Notes: generated by a model not told the origin, from the letters alone. A stretch of 64,000 nt of DNA from an uncultured archaeon (GCA_964558645.1 CAZLEV010000006.1:32001-96000); one strand, 5' to 3'. Positions 38,987 to 49,112 are shown, counted from the first letter of the stretch. Numbers and translations: made by a program.

Positions 38987-39478
38987 GTGATCGGTTTGGT
39001 CAAGAAGAGTGACAAAATCAGGATTGTCAAAATACACAATGGAACCGTGATTGATCATATTCGTGCGGGTCATGCACTTGAAGTGCTACAGATCTTGGGA
39101 ATCTCCGGCAAAGAAGGAAATACGGTCACCTTGGCAATGAACATCTCAAGTTCCAGAATCAGCACCAAGGATATTGTGAAAGTCGAAGAGCGGTTCCTCG
39201 AGGATGAGGAGGTTGCACGCATAGCTCTCGTAGCACCCGAAGCAACAATCAACCTCATCAAGGATGACGAGGTTGTCCGGAAGACTCGCGTCAAGCTTCC
39301 GTCCACCTTCACTAATATAGTCCAATGTCCTAATACGCGATGTATAACCAATAAGGAACGTGAGCCCATAGAACCCAAGTACCAAGTTGTTTCCATGTCG
39401 CCGATACGAATCAAATGCCTGTATTGCTGGACCCTACTAGACGAGCACGAGATTGTAGAGCAGTTCACGGCGAACTGA
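38987..39478 (+). CDS. pyrI: Aspartate carbamoyltransferase regulatory chain
   Basis: NGTVIDHI, KDIVK.E, CPN..CIT, C.YC motifs. Confidence 0.96.
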   Translation: MIGLVKKSDKIRIVKIHNGTVIDHIRAGHALEVLQILGISGKEGNTVTLAMNISSSRISTKDIVKVEERFLEDEEVARIALVAPEATINLIKDDEVVRKTRVKLPSTFTNIVQCPNTRCITNKEREPIEPKYQVVSMSPIRIKCLYCWTLLDEHEIVEQFTAN

Positions 39479-39655
39479 GGCGATTAGATCCAAAATCCCA
39501 TCTGGAGAACTCGAGTGAACAATGTCCATGGTATAGCTTGTACTCTGACTGCGAAGTGCAGAAGAGAGAGCCTATATGCTGTGCTAACAGAAGATATAAA
39601 CGGGTCAGTTGAGAAGAGAGAATAGATTCGCAGAAGCCCCAGGAGAAGGAAAGAG

Positions 39656-40024
39656 ATGGTTGATGAATCAAGAATCAAAACCATAGTTGCCGATACAATG
39701 GCTGCAAATGCAGACATTCAAGGTATGATTGTATGTGATGCTGAGGGAAATGTGGTTTTTGGCCATACAATCACTGGTGACATCAAACACGGCGAAGTTG
39801 CCAATCTGGCTGTCAATATAGCCTCAAATTCGGCACAAATGGTCAGTGGGCTCGATAAGGGGGGCCTAAATGAGATAGCAATAGCGGCTGACAAAGGACT
39901 TGTCATTATCCTCGGCGATGTCAAGCTGGTTCTTGCAGCAATAGCTGGAGAGAACGCTCGGGAATCCATGGGTCTAATTAGGATGGCCGTCAAGCGCGCG
40001 CTAGTCAACATGCTAACAGAATAA
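39656..40024 (+). CDS. Roadblock/LC7 domain protein
   Basis: I.G.IV.D.EG.V...L..G.LNE..I....G...MGLIR pattern. Confidence 0.8.
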   Translation: MVDESRIKTIVADTMAANADIQGMIVCDAEGNVVFGHTITGDIKHGEVANLAVNIASNSAQMVSGLDKGGLNEIAIAADKGLVIILGDVKLVLAAIAGENARESMGLIRMAVKRALVNMLTE

Positions 40025-40036
40025 AGAGTCAGACAG

Positions 40037-40150
40037 AGCTACCTTTTTGTAGCTAACAACAGTAGCACGACGCAATCGAGAGTATACCTCGATGAGCCCA
40101 GAGTAATACTTAGGTATTACCAAGTGTATTTAGGAGTCTGTATCCTCCTA
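40037..40150. repeat. Array of four short perfect inverted repeats upstream of smc
   Basis: AGCTAC-N6-GTAGCT, ATCGAG-N7-CTCGAT, GTAATAC-N4-GTATTAC, TAGGAG-N8-CTCCTA. Confidence 0.7.
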
Positions 40151-40218
40151 GTGATATAGAAACAGAATTTCACAGTGTATATTGCTGATGTAAGAATGGT
40201 CATGGATGGGAAGGTGTC

Positions 40219-43200
40219 TTGGTTCACATAGAGAAGCTAGTATGCAAGGGCTTCAAGAGTTTCGGCCGAGATACCGTTACAATAAAGTTCAGCAAGGGGT
40301 TTACATGCATTGTTGGGCCAAATGGTTCGGGAAAGTCAAACGTAATTGATGCCGTCCTTTTCGTCCTCGGACAGCTTAGCGCAAAAACCCTTCGCGCGAA
40401 TGTGTTCTCGGATCTCCTCTATTCGCCGCCCAAGCCGGATATGCCGCCTAAAGCCAGCAAGGCATCGGTTGAGCTCTATTTCAACAACAAAGACCGTAAG
40501 TTGCAGATTGAGTCTGATAGAGTAGTAATAGAGAGAGAGCTTGACGAATCAGGAAGTTCAACATGTAGAATCAACGGAAAGAATGTAACGCGTTCCACAG
40601 TGCTGGACATTCTTGGTGGAATCGGCGTAGACCCAAATGGGTACAATCTGGTACTCCAAGGGGAGATCGCTCAGATGGTCCAAGTCAGTCCTAATGACCG
40701 ACGAAAACTCATCGAAGAGATAGCTGGAATCTCAGCCTATGACGAGCAGAAAGAGCGAGCAATGAAAAAGCTGGCCGAGAGTGAAACGAATCTATCAAGA
40801 GTTGAAACTCAGCTTCAGGAGAGAAGAAGGCAGCTTGAGAAATTAGAATATGAGAGAACCGATGCGCTCCGCCATCAGAATCTGAGAAACCAGATTCAGG
40901 ATATTCAAATCGATAACCTTGCTTGGACCATAATCAAGTCAAGTACGAGAATTGATACAATCAATGAAACGCTTGCAGAAAGAGCAGAAGAAGCGGAGAA
41001 ACTCAACAGAGAACTCGTACAGGTTGAACAAGAAATAGAGAATGCGGAATCCGAAATCGATGGTATTGATAGTCAGATAGATCAGATTACCGGAGGGGAT
41101 TCCGCAAGAGTTTCTGAGCAGTACGGCATTATCTCTGCAGCAGTAGATCACATCCGAAACGACTTGGAGAGAGCCGAAAATGCATTCAAGGAGAAGCGAG
41201 ATGAACGCCACTCATTGAAGGAACAGCTCGGTTCTGTGCAGCAAGAACTGGAACTGGCTGATAATCAGGCCAAATCAAAGCGAAAGGAACTGGAAGCTCT
41301 GAATATCGAGATTGATAGGACAACTGACCAGATAGGAGCCCTCGAAGAGAGCCTCAATCGTGAACAAGAGAGTTACTACGAAACACAGCAAAAGCTTCAG
41401 GATCTCAACAATCAGATGGTGTCTCTTGACGAGGCCGTATCTGACGTGCGTTCAGCAATAAAGTCACACGAGAGAGAGTTAGGTTTGGCCTATGAGGAGC
41501 TTCGGGATGCAACCGAAGGGCTTGAGCGCACAAGAACTGAGCTTCAGGAACTACAAGAGACTGTTCCAGCAAAGAGAGAAAGTCTCAAAGAATCTGACAA
41601 GGAAGAGGAGAAGAAACAGAGAGAACTGGAAACTGTGAATGCACGGCTAGAGACTGTTGATGCAGAGGTCAGCGAAGCTGCAGATGTGTTGAGTTCCGCT
41701 AGAGAAGAGCTCATCAAGTTTCAGGCCAGACAAGATGCCCTCAAGGAGGCTGAAGAGGCCTTTCTGAAAAGAAAGAGAGCTGTGGCACGAGTATTGGAAT
41801 TGCGTGACAATGATATCATCGAAGGAGTACACGGCACCGTTGCAGAGCTTGGCACAATAGACCCCGACTATGCAATTGCCATGGAGATTGCAGGTGGAAG
41901 TAGACTGAGCTATGTGGTGGTTGAAGATGAAGAGGTTGCCACCAAGTGCGTGAACATCCTGAAACGAGACAGGGTCGGACGCGCGTCCTTCATTCCACTT
42001 GACAAGATTCGCACGAGAAGTCCCGGCAGAACATCTGATGAGATTGGTGTCATTGGCTATGCAATAGACTTGGTAAGCTTCGATCCAAAGTTCCAAGCTG
42101 CATTTGAGTTCACATTCTCTGATACTATAGTCACAGAGGATTTTGAATCAGCAAAACGACTTGGTTTCAAGGGTAAACGAGCAGTGACCCTTGATGGGGA
42201 TCTGGTGGAGAGGTCAGGTCTCATAACAGGGGGACACTACACAAGGGGAGGATCAGGGCTCACCCTTCAACTCGAGGATAAGAGTCCTGAGATTATTAGG
42301 AAGCTTCAGGGTCTAGAGGGGATCCATGCAAATCTAAGGAAGAAACAGGACGATCTCAGGGGAAAGAAGAAGGAACTAAGTCTAGAAATCCAAGAGCTTT
42401 CGAAGCACAACTATCGTAAGAGAATCGAGCTCGAAAGAGATGAGGAGAACCTTCAAGAGAAATCAGCTCGAGAAGAGGCACTCCAAGAGATCATCCAGAA
42501 GTCCGAAGTTTCCATTGAGGCATTTGAACAGCAGATTGCGGAGCTAAGAGAGAGAGACCGAGAACTCTCGGCACATCGGGAACATATCCGAGAACAGAGA
42601 GACAGCTGTAACGAGATCCTTGCAAAGTCAGATGCTTCGAAAATCACCCAAGATATGAAGGACCTGAAAGAAGTCCTCGAGCACATGAGACGAAGGAGAG
42701 ACCGTCTTCATAGTGAAGTGACTGGCTTTGAAGTGGCAATCGACGAACGTCTAGAACCAAAAACTGTTGAGCTGGAGATGCGATTGCAGGCCCTTGCTGC
42801 GGTAATTCCTGAACTGAAGGAAGAAACCGAGAATCTACGCACGAAACTCTCTGATAAGGAAGAAGAGATGCTAGATCTGAGGTCTGAGAGAGAAAGGATT
42901 GAAGATGCTGTAAAAGACAAAAGAGTCAGACAGGTCAGACTGAAAGAGGACCTACGTAATCTCCGATTGAGGCATGAAGAAATCAGGGAAGAGCAAACGA
43001 ACAATGAGAAGGCAGTCTATCGCCTCCAGACTGAGCAGTCACGATTGGAGGAGGACATAGTTGCCCTCAGAGCGGAGTTAGGCAATCTCTCTGAAGTGGA
43101 CGAGGAGCTTGAAGCAAGAGAAGAGAAGGAAGAGCTCACCTATAGAGAAATAGAAGAGCTAGAGGAGAAAATCAAAGAGCTGGAGCGAGAGCTAGAGGAG

Positions 43201-43809
43201 ATGGGAGCCGTGAATCTCAAGGCTCTGACAGACTATGATGTTGAGAAAGAAAGATACGAAGAGATAGTTGATAAGAAGACCACCCTAGAGCGTGAACATA
43301 AAGAGATACTTGAGTTCATGGAGGAACTTGAGAGGGAAAAGACGCGTAAGTTTCTGCAGGTCTATAATGAGATTGCTGATAATTTCGCAAAGGTGTTTGC
43401 AAGACTCTCACCGGGGGGCGAGGCAAATCTCATGCTGGAAAATCCCGAGCACCCGTTGATGGGAGGGATAACTGTACGCTCTAAACCACAAGGAAAGGAC
43501 TTGGTGTCCCTTGAGGCTATGAGTGGAGGAGAGAAGACTCTGACCGGTCTAGCGCTGATCTTCGCGGTACAGATGTATAATCCTGCCAGTTTCTATGTTT
43601 TCGATGAGATTGATGCTGCTTTGGATGATGTCAATGCCCACAATGTTGCCCTGCTGATATCAGACATGGCCAAAGAGTCACAGTTCATTGTGGTTTCTTT
43701 GAGAGATGTGACCGTCAGAAAGGCAGATCTGCTCGTAGGTGTTTCAAATCAGGATGGCATCTCTCGGATTGTAGCAGTTGATTTGGAGGAGGTCGCCGGG
43801 ACTGCATGA
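40219..43809 (+). CDS. smc: Chromosome segregation protein Smc
   Basis: FKSF, GPNGSGKSN, coiled coils, hinge, MSGGEK, FDEIDAALD. Confidence 0.97.
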   Translation: MVHIEKLVCKGFKSFGRDTVTIKFSKGFTCIVGPNGSGKSNVIDAVLFVLGQLSAKTLRANVFSDLLYSPPKPDMPPKASKASVELYFNNKDRKLQIESDRVVIERELDESGSSTCRINGKNVTRSTVLDILGGIGVDPNGYNLVLQGEIAQMVQVSPNDRRKLIEEIAGISAYDEQKERAMKKLAESETNLSRVETQLQERRRQLEKLEYERTDALRHQNLRNQIQDIQIDNLAWTIIKSSTRIDTINETLAERAEEAEKLNRELVQVEQEIENAESEIDGIDSQIDQITGGDSARVSEQYGIISAAVDHIRNDLERAENAFKEKRDERHSLKEQLGSVQQELELADNQAKSKRKELEALNIEIDRTTDQIGALEESLNREQESYYETQQKLQDLNNQMVSLDEAVSDVRSAIKSHERELGLAYEELRDATEGLERTRTELQELQETVPAKRESLKESDKEEEKKQRELETVNARLETVDAEVSEAADVLSSAREELIKFQARQDALKEAEEAFLKRKRAVARVLELRDNDIIEGVHGTVAELGTIDPDYAIAMEIAGGSRLSYVVVEDEEVATKCVNILKRDRVGRASFIPLDKIRTRSPGRTSDEIGVIGYAIDLVSFDPKFQAAFEFTFSDTIVTEDFESAKRLGFKGKRAVTLDGDLVERSGLITGGHYTRGGSGLTLQLEDKSPEIIRKLQGLEGIHANLRKKQDDLRGKKKELSLEIQELSKHNYRKRIELERDEENLQEKSAREEALQEIIQKSEVSIEAFEQQIAELRERDRELSAHREHIREQRDSCNEILAKSDASKITQDMKDLKEVLEHMRRRRDRLHSEVTGFEVAIDERLEPKTVELEMRLQALAAVIPELKEETENLRTKLSDKEEEMLDLRSERERIEDAVKDKRVRQVRLKEDLRNLRLRHEEIREEQTNNEKAVYRLQTEQSRLEEDIVALRAELGNLSEVDEELEAREEKEELTYREIEELEEKIKELERELEEMGAVNLKALTDYDVEKERYEEIVDKKTTLEREHKEILEFMEELEREKTRKFLQVYNEIADNFAKVFARLSPGGEANLMLENPEHPLMGGITVRSKPQGKDLVSLEAMSGGEKTLTGLALIFAVQMYNPASFYVFDEIDAALDDVNAHNVALLISDMAKESQFIVVSLRDVTVRKADLLVGVSNQDGISRIVAVDLEEVAGTA

Positions 43810-44522
43810 GTGATGAAGAGAATCCCTTTTGGATTACACCACCCTACATACTCCTCACTGACGTGCTCCAGCTTGATAAGGTCGAGCCTTGGAATGTTGA
43901 TGTGGGCAAACTAGTGGCGGGTTTCCTGCAAGAGATGAAGAGGTTAGGGAATATTGATTTCAGAGTATCAGGCAATGCACTCTATTCTGCTTCAGTTATC
44001 TTCATGAAGAAGACCCGGGATCTTGTAGACCTTGGCCTGTTGCCTGATGATGACGAGGATAGTGACGAGGATATAGAGATTCCACTTATTCGACCACCAT
44101 TTCGACTGACAAACAGACGAGTCACAATCCAAGAGCTTCTTCTTGCAATGGACAAGATGTTGAAGAAAGGAGTCCGACGACGACCACCGCCCAAAAAGAG
44201 GAGGGCGAAAGATGAACTTGACCCGATATCCTTCCAAATGGATGTCACAAGGGCTGATGTCGAAGAGACCATTGGAGAAGTATATTCTGATCTCAGGAAG
44301 ATTGTGGATGTTGGCGATACTGTAAGATTCCAAGACATCCTTGTGAACAACACTCGACGGGAGATTGTACGAGTGTTCTTTGCAGTGTTACACCTTCACG
44401 GACGCGCTTTTGTGGATATGTGGATGGATGAAGATTGGACAATCTGGATTACAATCAGGGAGCCTCCACAGGTCTCTGAGAGAGAGATGGAGATTCTTCA
44501 GCAACAGTTAGTCGAGGAGTAG
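43806..44522 (+). CDS. scpA: Kleisin ScpA
   Basis: PWNVD...L, SG.AL..A, R.VT..ELL.A, C-terminal F.AVLHL winged helix; overlaps the smc stop. Confidence 0.88.
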   Translation: MSDEENPFWITPPYILLTDVLQLDKVEPWNVDVGKLVAGFLQEMKRLGNIDFRVSGNALYSASVIFMKKTRDLVDLGLLPDDDEDSDEDIEIPLIRPPFRLTNRRVTIQELLLAMDKMLKKGVRRRPPPKKRRAKDELDPISFQMDVTRADVEETIGEVYSDLRKIVDVGDTVRFQDILVNNTRREIVRVFFAVLHLHGRAFVDMWMDEDWTIWITIREPPQVSEREMEILQQQLVEE

Positions 44523-45083
44523 GTGCAGATGTTGGATGACGATATGCTAACACTGGAAGCAGCACTATACGCAGCAGGACGCGCGCTTGCCATTGAAGAA
44601 CTATCGGAATTGATCGGGAAGGCAGAATCAACAACGGAGAAACTTCTGAAAGACTTGGAGTTTGAATATCACAAGAGAGGGGGAGCACTAGAGGTTGTCC
44701 AGCTCCCACGTGATCGCTACGTGATGCAGCTCAGGCCAGAGCTTACCCCAAGAGTGGGCAGGCTGATTCCGGGAGGCTTGCTGACTTTTGCAACCCTCCA
44801 GACTCTGGTATTCATCGCATTGAAACAGCCGATACTCCAGTCAGACTTGGTAGCTCACCGGGGCACACACGTGTACGAACATGTCAAGGAGCTGGAAGAG
44901 AAGAAGTTCATCCGTAGCGAACCGGAGGGAAGAACAAAGATGTTAAGGACCACCCAGTTGTTCTCTGACTACTTCGGGTTAGACCGTGACAAAGTCAAGA
45001 TGAAAGCACAGTTGAAGCACAAGATGAAGCGGATTCTGGATGAGCAGCGCGAGGTCGAAGATGACAATCAGACCAAGTTCTAG
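44523..45083 (+). CDS. scpB: KITE subunit ScpB
   Basis: LEAALYAAG, TL..IA..QPI...L...RG, GRT....TT..F.DYFGL. Confidence 0.93.
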   Translation: MQMLDDDMLTLEAALYAAGRALAIEELSELIGKAESTTEKLLKDLEFEYHKRGGALEVVQLPRDRYVMQLRPELTPRVGRLIPGGLLTFATLQTLVFIALKQPILQSDLVAHRGTHVYEHVKELEEKKFIRSEPEGRTKMLRTTQLFSDYFGLDRDKVKMKAQLKHKMKRILDEQREVEDDNQTKF

Positions 45084-46093
45084 CAGACGCGCGGGACAGG
45101 TTCTCCGTAGGGCACCTGTATTATCTTCCTTCCGCCAATGCCAGTCTTCATAATCACTCGCCCTTTTCCCTTAGAAACTGTCCCAATTACCTTGGCCTGT
45201 ACTGTCGATTCGTGTTTCTCTAGTGCGTCAATTATCTCGTCGGTTTTTGAGGATTCAACTGACATGACGGCTGTTCCCTCGCAGCTCATATGGAGGGGAT
45301 CGAGACCAAGTATGCCACACAGCGACTCAACCTCTGGCCGAATGGGAAGGCTCCGCTCATCAATCTCAATTTCAACCCCAGATTTGGCGGCAATTTCATT
45401 GAGAGCCACAGCGGTCCCACCACGGGTCGGATCTTTCATTGCATTGATGCCCCCGATGTCCAGACAATCTCTGATAGGTAACCATAGTGCTGCCACATCG
45501 CTAATCAGGCTCGTGTCAAAATCCAAGCCTTCCCGATGCGCCAGTAGTGTGGTTCCATGGTCGCCAATTGGTCCTGTGACAATCAGTGTATCACCGTTTT
45601 GTGCGCCACTGTCAGTGACTGCACGGTCACGATACACTACACCTATACCCGAGGTGGACATGACCAGCTGATCAATGGTGCCTCTCGGCATGACTTTCGT
45701 GTCGCCCGCAATCATGGCTACTTCAAGAGAGTTGATTACATCATTGAGTGATCTTAGAATCACCTTTAGAGTATCAATCTCGAAGCCTTCTTCCACTATG
45801 ATAGTATTGGTCATTGCTATCGGCCTTGCCCCCATAACAGCGATGTCATTGATTGTCCCACAGGCGGTGAGTTTCCCAATGTTGCCACCCGGGAAGAAGA
45901 GGGGCTGAACTGTATGGGCATCGGTACAAACAACTAGTTCATTCCCATCTATCCTAAGAGTTGCACCATCATCCATCTCATCCAAGCCGATATCACCTGC
46001 ATGTCGGCGACTGAACGACGGAATTATGACCTCTTCCAGCAGGCGCTGCATAATCTTCCCGCCGGCACCATGGGAAGTTTCGATCTTTGTCAT
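45080..46093 (-). CDS. hypE: Hydrogenase maturation protein HypE
   Basis: HGAGG, PLFFPGG.IG, GDTKV, DPTRGG, C-terminal PRVC. Confidence 0.96.
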   Translation of the reverse strand: MTKIETSHGAGGKIMQRLLEEVIIPSFSRRHAGDIGLDEMDDGATLRIDGNELVVCTDAHTVQPLFFPGGNIGKLTACGTINDIAVMGARPIAMTNTIIVEEGFEIDTLKVILRSLNDVINSLEVAMIAGDTKVMPRGTIDQLVMSTSGIGVVYRDRAVTDSGAQNGDTLIVTGPIGDHGTTLLAHREGLDFDTSLISDVAALWLPIRDCLDIGGINAMKDPTRGGTAVALNEIAAKSGVEIEIDERSLPIRPEVESLCGILGLDPLHMSCEGTAVMSVESSKTDEIIDALEKHESTVQAKVIGTVSKGKGRVIMKTGIGGRKIIQVPYGEPVPRVC

Positions 46094-46242
46094 GCGTTCC
46101 TCACGTACCTGATGGTGCCTCAACATCCAAAGATGTATTTGAAGAGGTCGATATATGCGGTCCGACTATTCATCGTCACTAAGCAAAGTTTAAAACAACC
46201 CCTAGATGTGCCTGATTGAACCCAACCAAGAGGTAGTCAGAA

Positions 46243-46620
46243 ATGGGTGTATGGCATAGAAGATCTAGACGCACATCCACAGGCGCGCGACTTAGAAGAT
46301 TCAGAGGTAAGAGAAAATACGAACAGGGTCGCACACCAACTGAGACCGTACTGGGTAAGACCAAGCGTAGAACAGTTGACAGCAAGGGCACCTATAAGAA
46401 GATGCCCGCCCTTAAGGCCAAGATGGTCAATGTTACTGACCCAGAGAAGAATGAGACCTACCGCGTAGAGATCGAGGATGTAGAGAAGAACCCGGCCAAT
46501 ATGGATTATCAGAGAAGAAAAGTCATTACACGGGGCACAATAATCAAGACCTCGAAAGGGCGTGCAAGAGTCACTAGCCGCCCCGGCCAAACGGGTATTC
46601 TGAACGCAGTTCTTGTCTAG
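46243..46620 (+). CDS. rps8e: Ribosomal protein eS8
   Basis: RS.R..TG, KRKYE.GR, NPAN..Y.RR..IT.G, VTSRPGQ.G..NAVL. Confidence 0.97.
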   Translation: MGVWHRRSRRTSTGARLRRFRGKRKYEQGRTPTETVLGKTKRRTVDSKGTYKKMPALKAKMVNVTDPEKNETYRVEIEDVEKNPANMDYQRRKVITRGTIIKTSKGRARVTSRPGQTGILNAVLV

Positions 46621-46649
46621 CTGATCAACGTGTGACAGCACGTCATACT

Positions 46650-47039
46650 TTATCTCGATGAATCGATCTCGGCCTCGATGTTCGTTATGAAGAACTCCTT
46701 TCCTCCTACTATCTCAGTAGAACTGCCTCCACATCTCGGACACTTCAGAGGGGCAAAGACTGCAATCTCTGGGGGAAGCTCATGAGCAGACTCTGATTCT
46801 CCCTCGAAACCGCAATCATCACACTTGAGAGTTCCTCGAACCTTAGTGATGTTCAGCTTTGCATCTTCGAGAATTGTATCTTTGCCTGCAATCTCAAAGT
46901 TGAACTCCAGTTGTTCAGGAACCAAGAAAGTGAACTCACCAACTTCAATATTTACTGCGGTTACTTTCTTTGCATTGTGTTCGCGTGCGGCTTGAAGAGC
47001 AGTTTCTACTATCGAGCAGGCGGCTGAGAATTCATGCAC
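46650..47039 (-). CDS. hypA: Hydrogenase nickel chaperone HypA
   Basis: MHEFS start, CDDC, CPRC, GGKE motifs. Confidence 0.95.
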   Translation of the reverse strand: MHEFSAACSIVETALQAAREHNAKKVTAVNIEVGEFTFLVPEQLEFNFEIAGKDTILEDAKLNITKVRGTLKCDDCGFEGESESAHELPPEIAVFAPLKCPRCGGSSTEIVGGKEFFITNIEAEIDSSR

Positions 47040-47201
47040 TTGTATACACTCTAACCGTATCGTGGCAGGTCTATGCTTTTCTCTTTTCGTCTAGGTGCAT
47101 CAAGCATCTGGATGATGAGGGTCTATCATTCGGGCGAGAGAAGGAGCTAGTCGCTTTTTTTCCGTTCTCGTTTACCTTATATAACAATCAGATTTTCGAT
47201 T

Positions 47202-47765
47202 GTGACAAGGAGACACAGAAGAACGATGGGTTCGAATCAAGACAGGGATGAATTAACTAAGAAGGTCAGAGATCTAGACCTAGATTATATGCGTGGTCTG
47301 ATAAGCGAGAATGACTACAAGAAGAAGATTGGGGAGTTGAAGACCAAACTGACTGAGTTGGGAGGGGAAGAAGCAGATATCCCATCAATTTCCATCTACC
47401 TAGAGAAGCAGGTAGGCTCAGGAACAGTTACTTCCCCTGCGAAGAAGAATGCCACTGTTGACCCTGTCACCGCAATCAGGAGGACAATTCAAACTATGAG
47501 GCGACTTCCTATCGAGAGAATCGCCCAGGAATCCGGCGTTGATGCAATAAATGCCACCAAGATACTGGGAGATCTTCTGGACGGCCGAGAACTCTCAGGC
47601 AGAATAGATCATGATTCTGGAGACTTCATCCTTGGAACTGGTACTGGACCCGCACCAAAGACAATAGCGGCCTGTCCTTACTGCAAGAATGATTTAGAAC
47701 GGATAGCAGTTCGTGGAGAAACGATAAACTGCCCGGTTTGCAACGAATCGTTTATTGTATCCTAA
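47202..47765 (+). CDS. SHOCT-like helix + PCI-type winged helix + zinc ribbon protein
   Basis: LD.DY.RGLISE.DY; I..IA...GVD......L..L.....LSGRID; CPYC and CPVC. Confidence 0.7.
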   Translation: MTRRHRRTMGSNQDRDELTKKVRDLDLDYMRGLISENDYKKKIGELKTKLTELGGEEADIPSISIYLEKQVGSGTVTSPAKKNATVDPVTAIRRTIQTMRRLPIERIAQESGVDAINATKILGDLLDGRELSGRIDHDSGDFILGTGTGPAPKTIAACPYCKNDLERIAVRGETINCPVCNESFIVS

Positions 47766-47798
47766 GTATATGCTCGCCAGCTCTCTGAAGAGATAAAT

Positions 47799-49112
47799 GT
47801 GTACTGTTCTATTAGTTCTTGTCTGAGGTCAGCCGCATTGAGTGACAAGTTGAATCTCTTTCAGGCTTGCATGAAGAACGATGAGAGAATCGCAGCAATT
47901 CAAGTAAACCAGATGGTATCAAGAGCTCAGACACCAGCAGTCTGGGCGATACTTCTACATGTCGCAGCTTGGCATGAGGAACGGACCTATGATACACCTC
48001 ATGCCACCATACTCGTTAATTCGATTCACGGTATGATTGGGGATTGTGGATCCAATCCGGACTTGTTGAATGGAAGTTCAGCAGAGTCGGCAGTAGTTCT
48101 TCCTGATGAATTCAGGGAGAATCTTCAGAGATTCCTGATTGAGCGCCTAGCATTATATCTGGCCGCGGTAGACCACTGGCAGCCTGAAAAAGGACCACAG
48201 TATAAGGTCGAAAGAAGAGGAGAATCACCCGATAATGCCCTTCACTCGTATGTACAGGCGATACGCGAGAAGAGTCATATCGGCGCTCTTCGTTCGGCGG
48301 TGACCTTGACAGCACAGGGCAGCTACACAAGATTGCTGCGCATGACAGCAACACTGGGAGCGGAACACCCAGATCGTCTTGGTCATGCGTTCATTCTGCC
48401 GGTATCCCTGCTTCATGAGTTACCAAAGGCTCGATTCACAATGCCCCACGAGGCAGGACTATGGCACCTCACTGAGTATCTTGTCAGAAAGGTGCCCAAT
48501 CGAAGACCGGGCGGCTTCAATCCGGAACCTACTTACGCTGACATGGCGTCGCCTACGTCAGTATCGCAATACAAAGAGCTCTTCAAAAGAGCGACAGTCA
48601 ACTATGGAATCTTAGGGCATAATGCGATATTCGCACATCGAATAGCTATTGCTGCTAAGAATGGAACAGCTGACTCCAACACCATTCATTGGCTCATGAA
48701 AGAGCTGGAGTCTAACACGGATGGAAACCGTCTTCAAGATGAGGATATTTCTATAGAAACTCTTATTGACCAACAGGGAGGCGCTGACTGGGAAGAATCA
48801 CCCCATAAGATTCTCTCGCCACATAGTGGGCCCTTGAGAATGTGGCTTAACGAAAATTTAGGTGCCTACTGGAAAAGCATGCTGGATAAAAGGGGGCAAA
48901 CCTTTGAGAGAGAGATTCCATATATTGGGGAAGAAGAGTGGGATCTTGTCAGAGCTGCCCAGTACGCGATGGCCTCGTTGAATGGTACGTCCAATGCATC
49001 ACATGTCATAATATTCGCTCATGCAACATGGAATCTGTCCGACTTGGGACTCATACCTCGAGAACTAGCAGCACTTCAGACGCATCGTATGCTGAGAGAG
49101 AATCTGGAGTGA
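47799..49112 (+). CDS. Hypothetical helical protein with repeated His motifs
   Basis: Long ORF containing PHATI, GHAFI, GHNAI and SHVII. Confidence 0.7.
   Translation: MYCSISSCLRSAALSDKLNLFQACMKNDERIAAIQVNQMVSRAQTPAVWAILLHVAAWHEERTYDTPHATILVNSIHGMIGDCGSNPDLLNGSSAESAVVLPDEFRENLQRFLIERLALYLAAVDHWQPEKGPQYKVERRGESPDNALHSYVQAIREKSHIGALRSAVTLTAQGSYTRLLRMTATLGAEHPDRLGHAFILPVSLLHELPKARFTMPHEAGLWHLTEYLVRKVPNRRPGGFNPEPTYADMASPTSVSQYKELFKRATVNYGILGHNAIFAHRIAIAAKNGTADSNTIHWLMKELESNTDGNRLQDEDISIETLIDQQGGADWEESPHKILSPHSGPLRMWLNENLGAYWKSMLDKRGQTFEREIPYIGEEEWDLVRAAQYAMASLNGTSNASHVIIFAHATWNLSDLGLIPRELAALQTHRMLRENLE

Noticed and set aside
40700-43350. GAA/GAG-rich quasi-repeats
   Set aside because: Codon content of the Smc coiled coils, not a DNA repeat.
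44520-44531. The scpA TAG is immediately followed in frame by scpB
   Set aside because: Explained by tight operon packing, with an RBS (GGAG/AGGTG) before ATG 44529.
47112-47118. ATGATGA box C motif
   Set aside because: No CTGA box D at a suitable distance, so it was not called a C/D sRNA.
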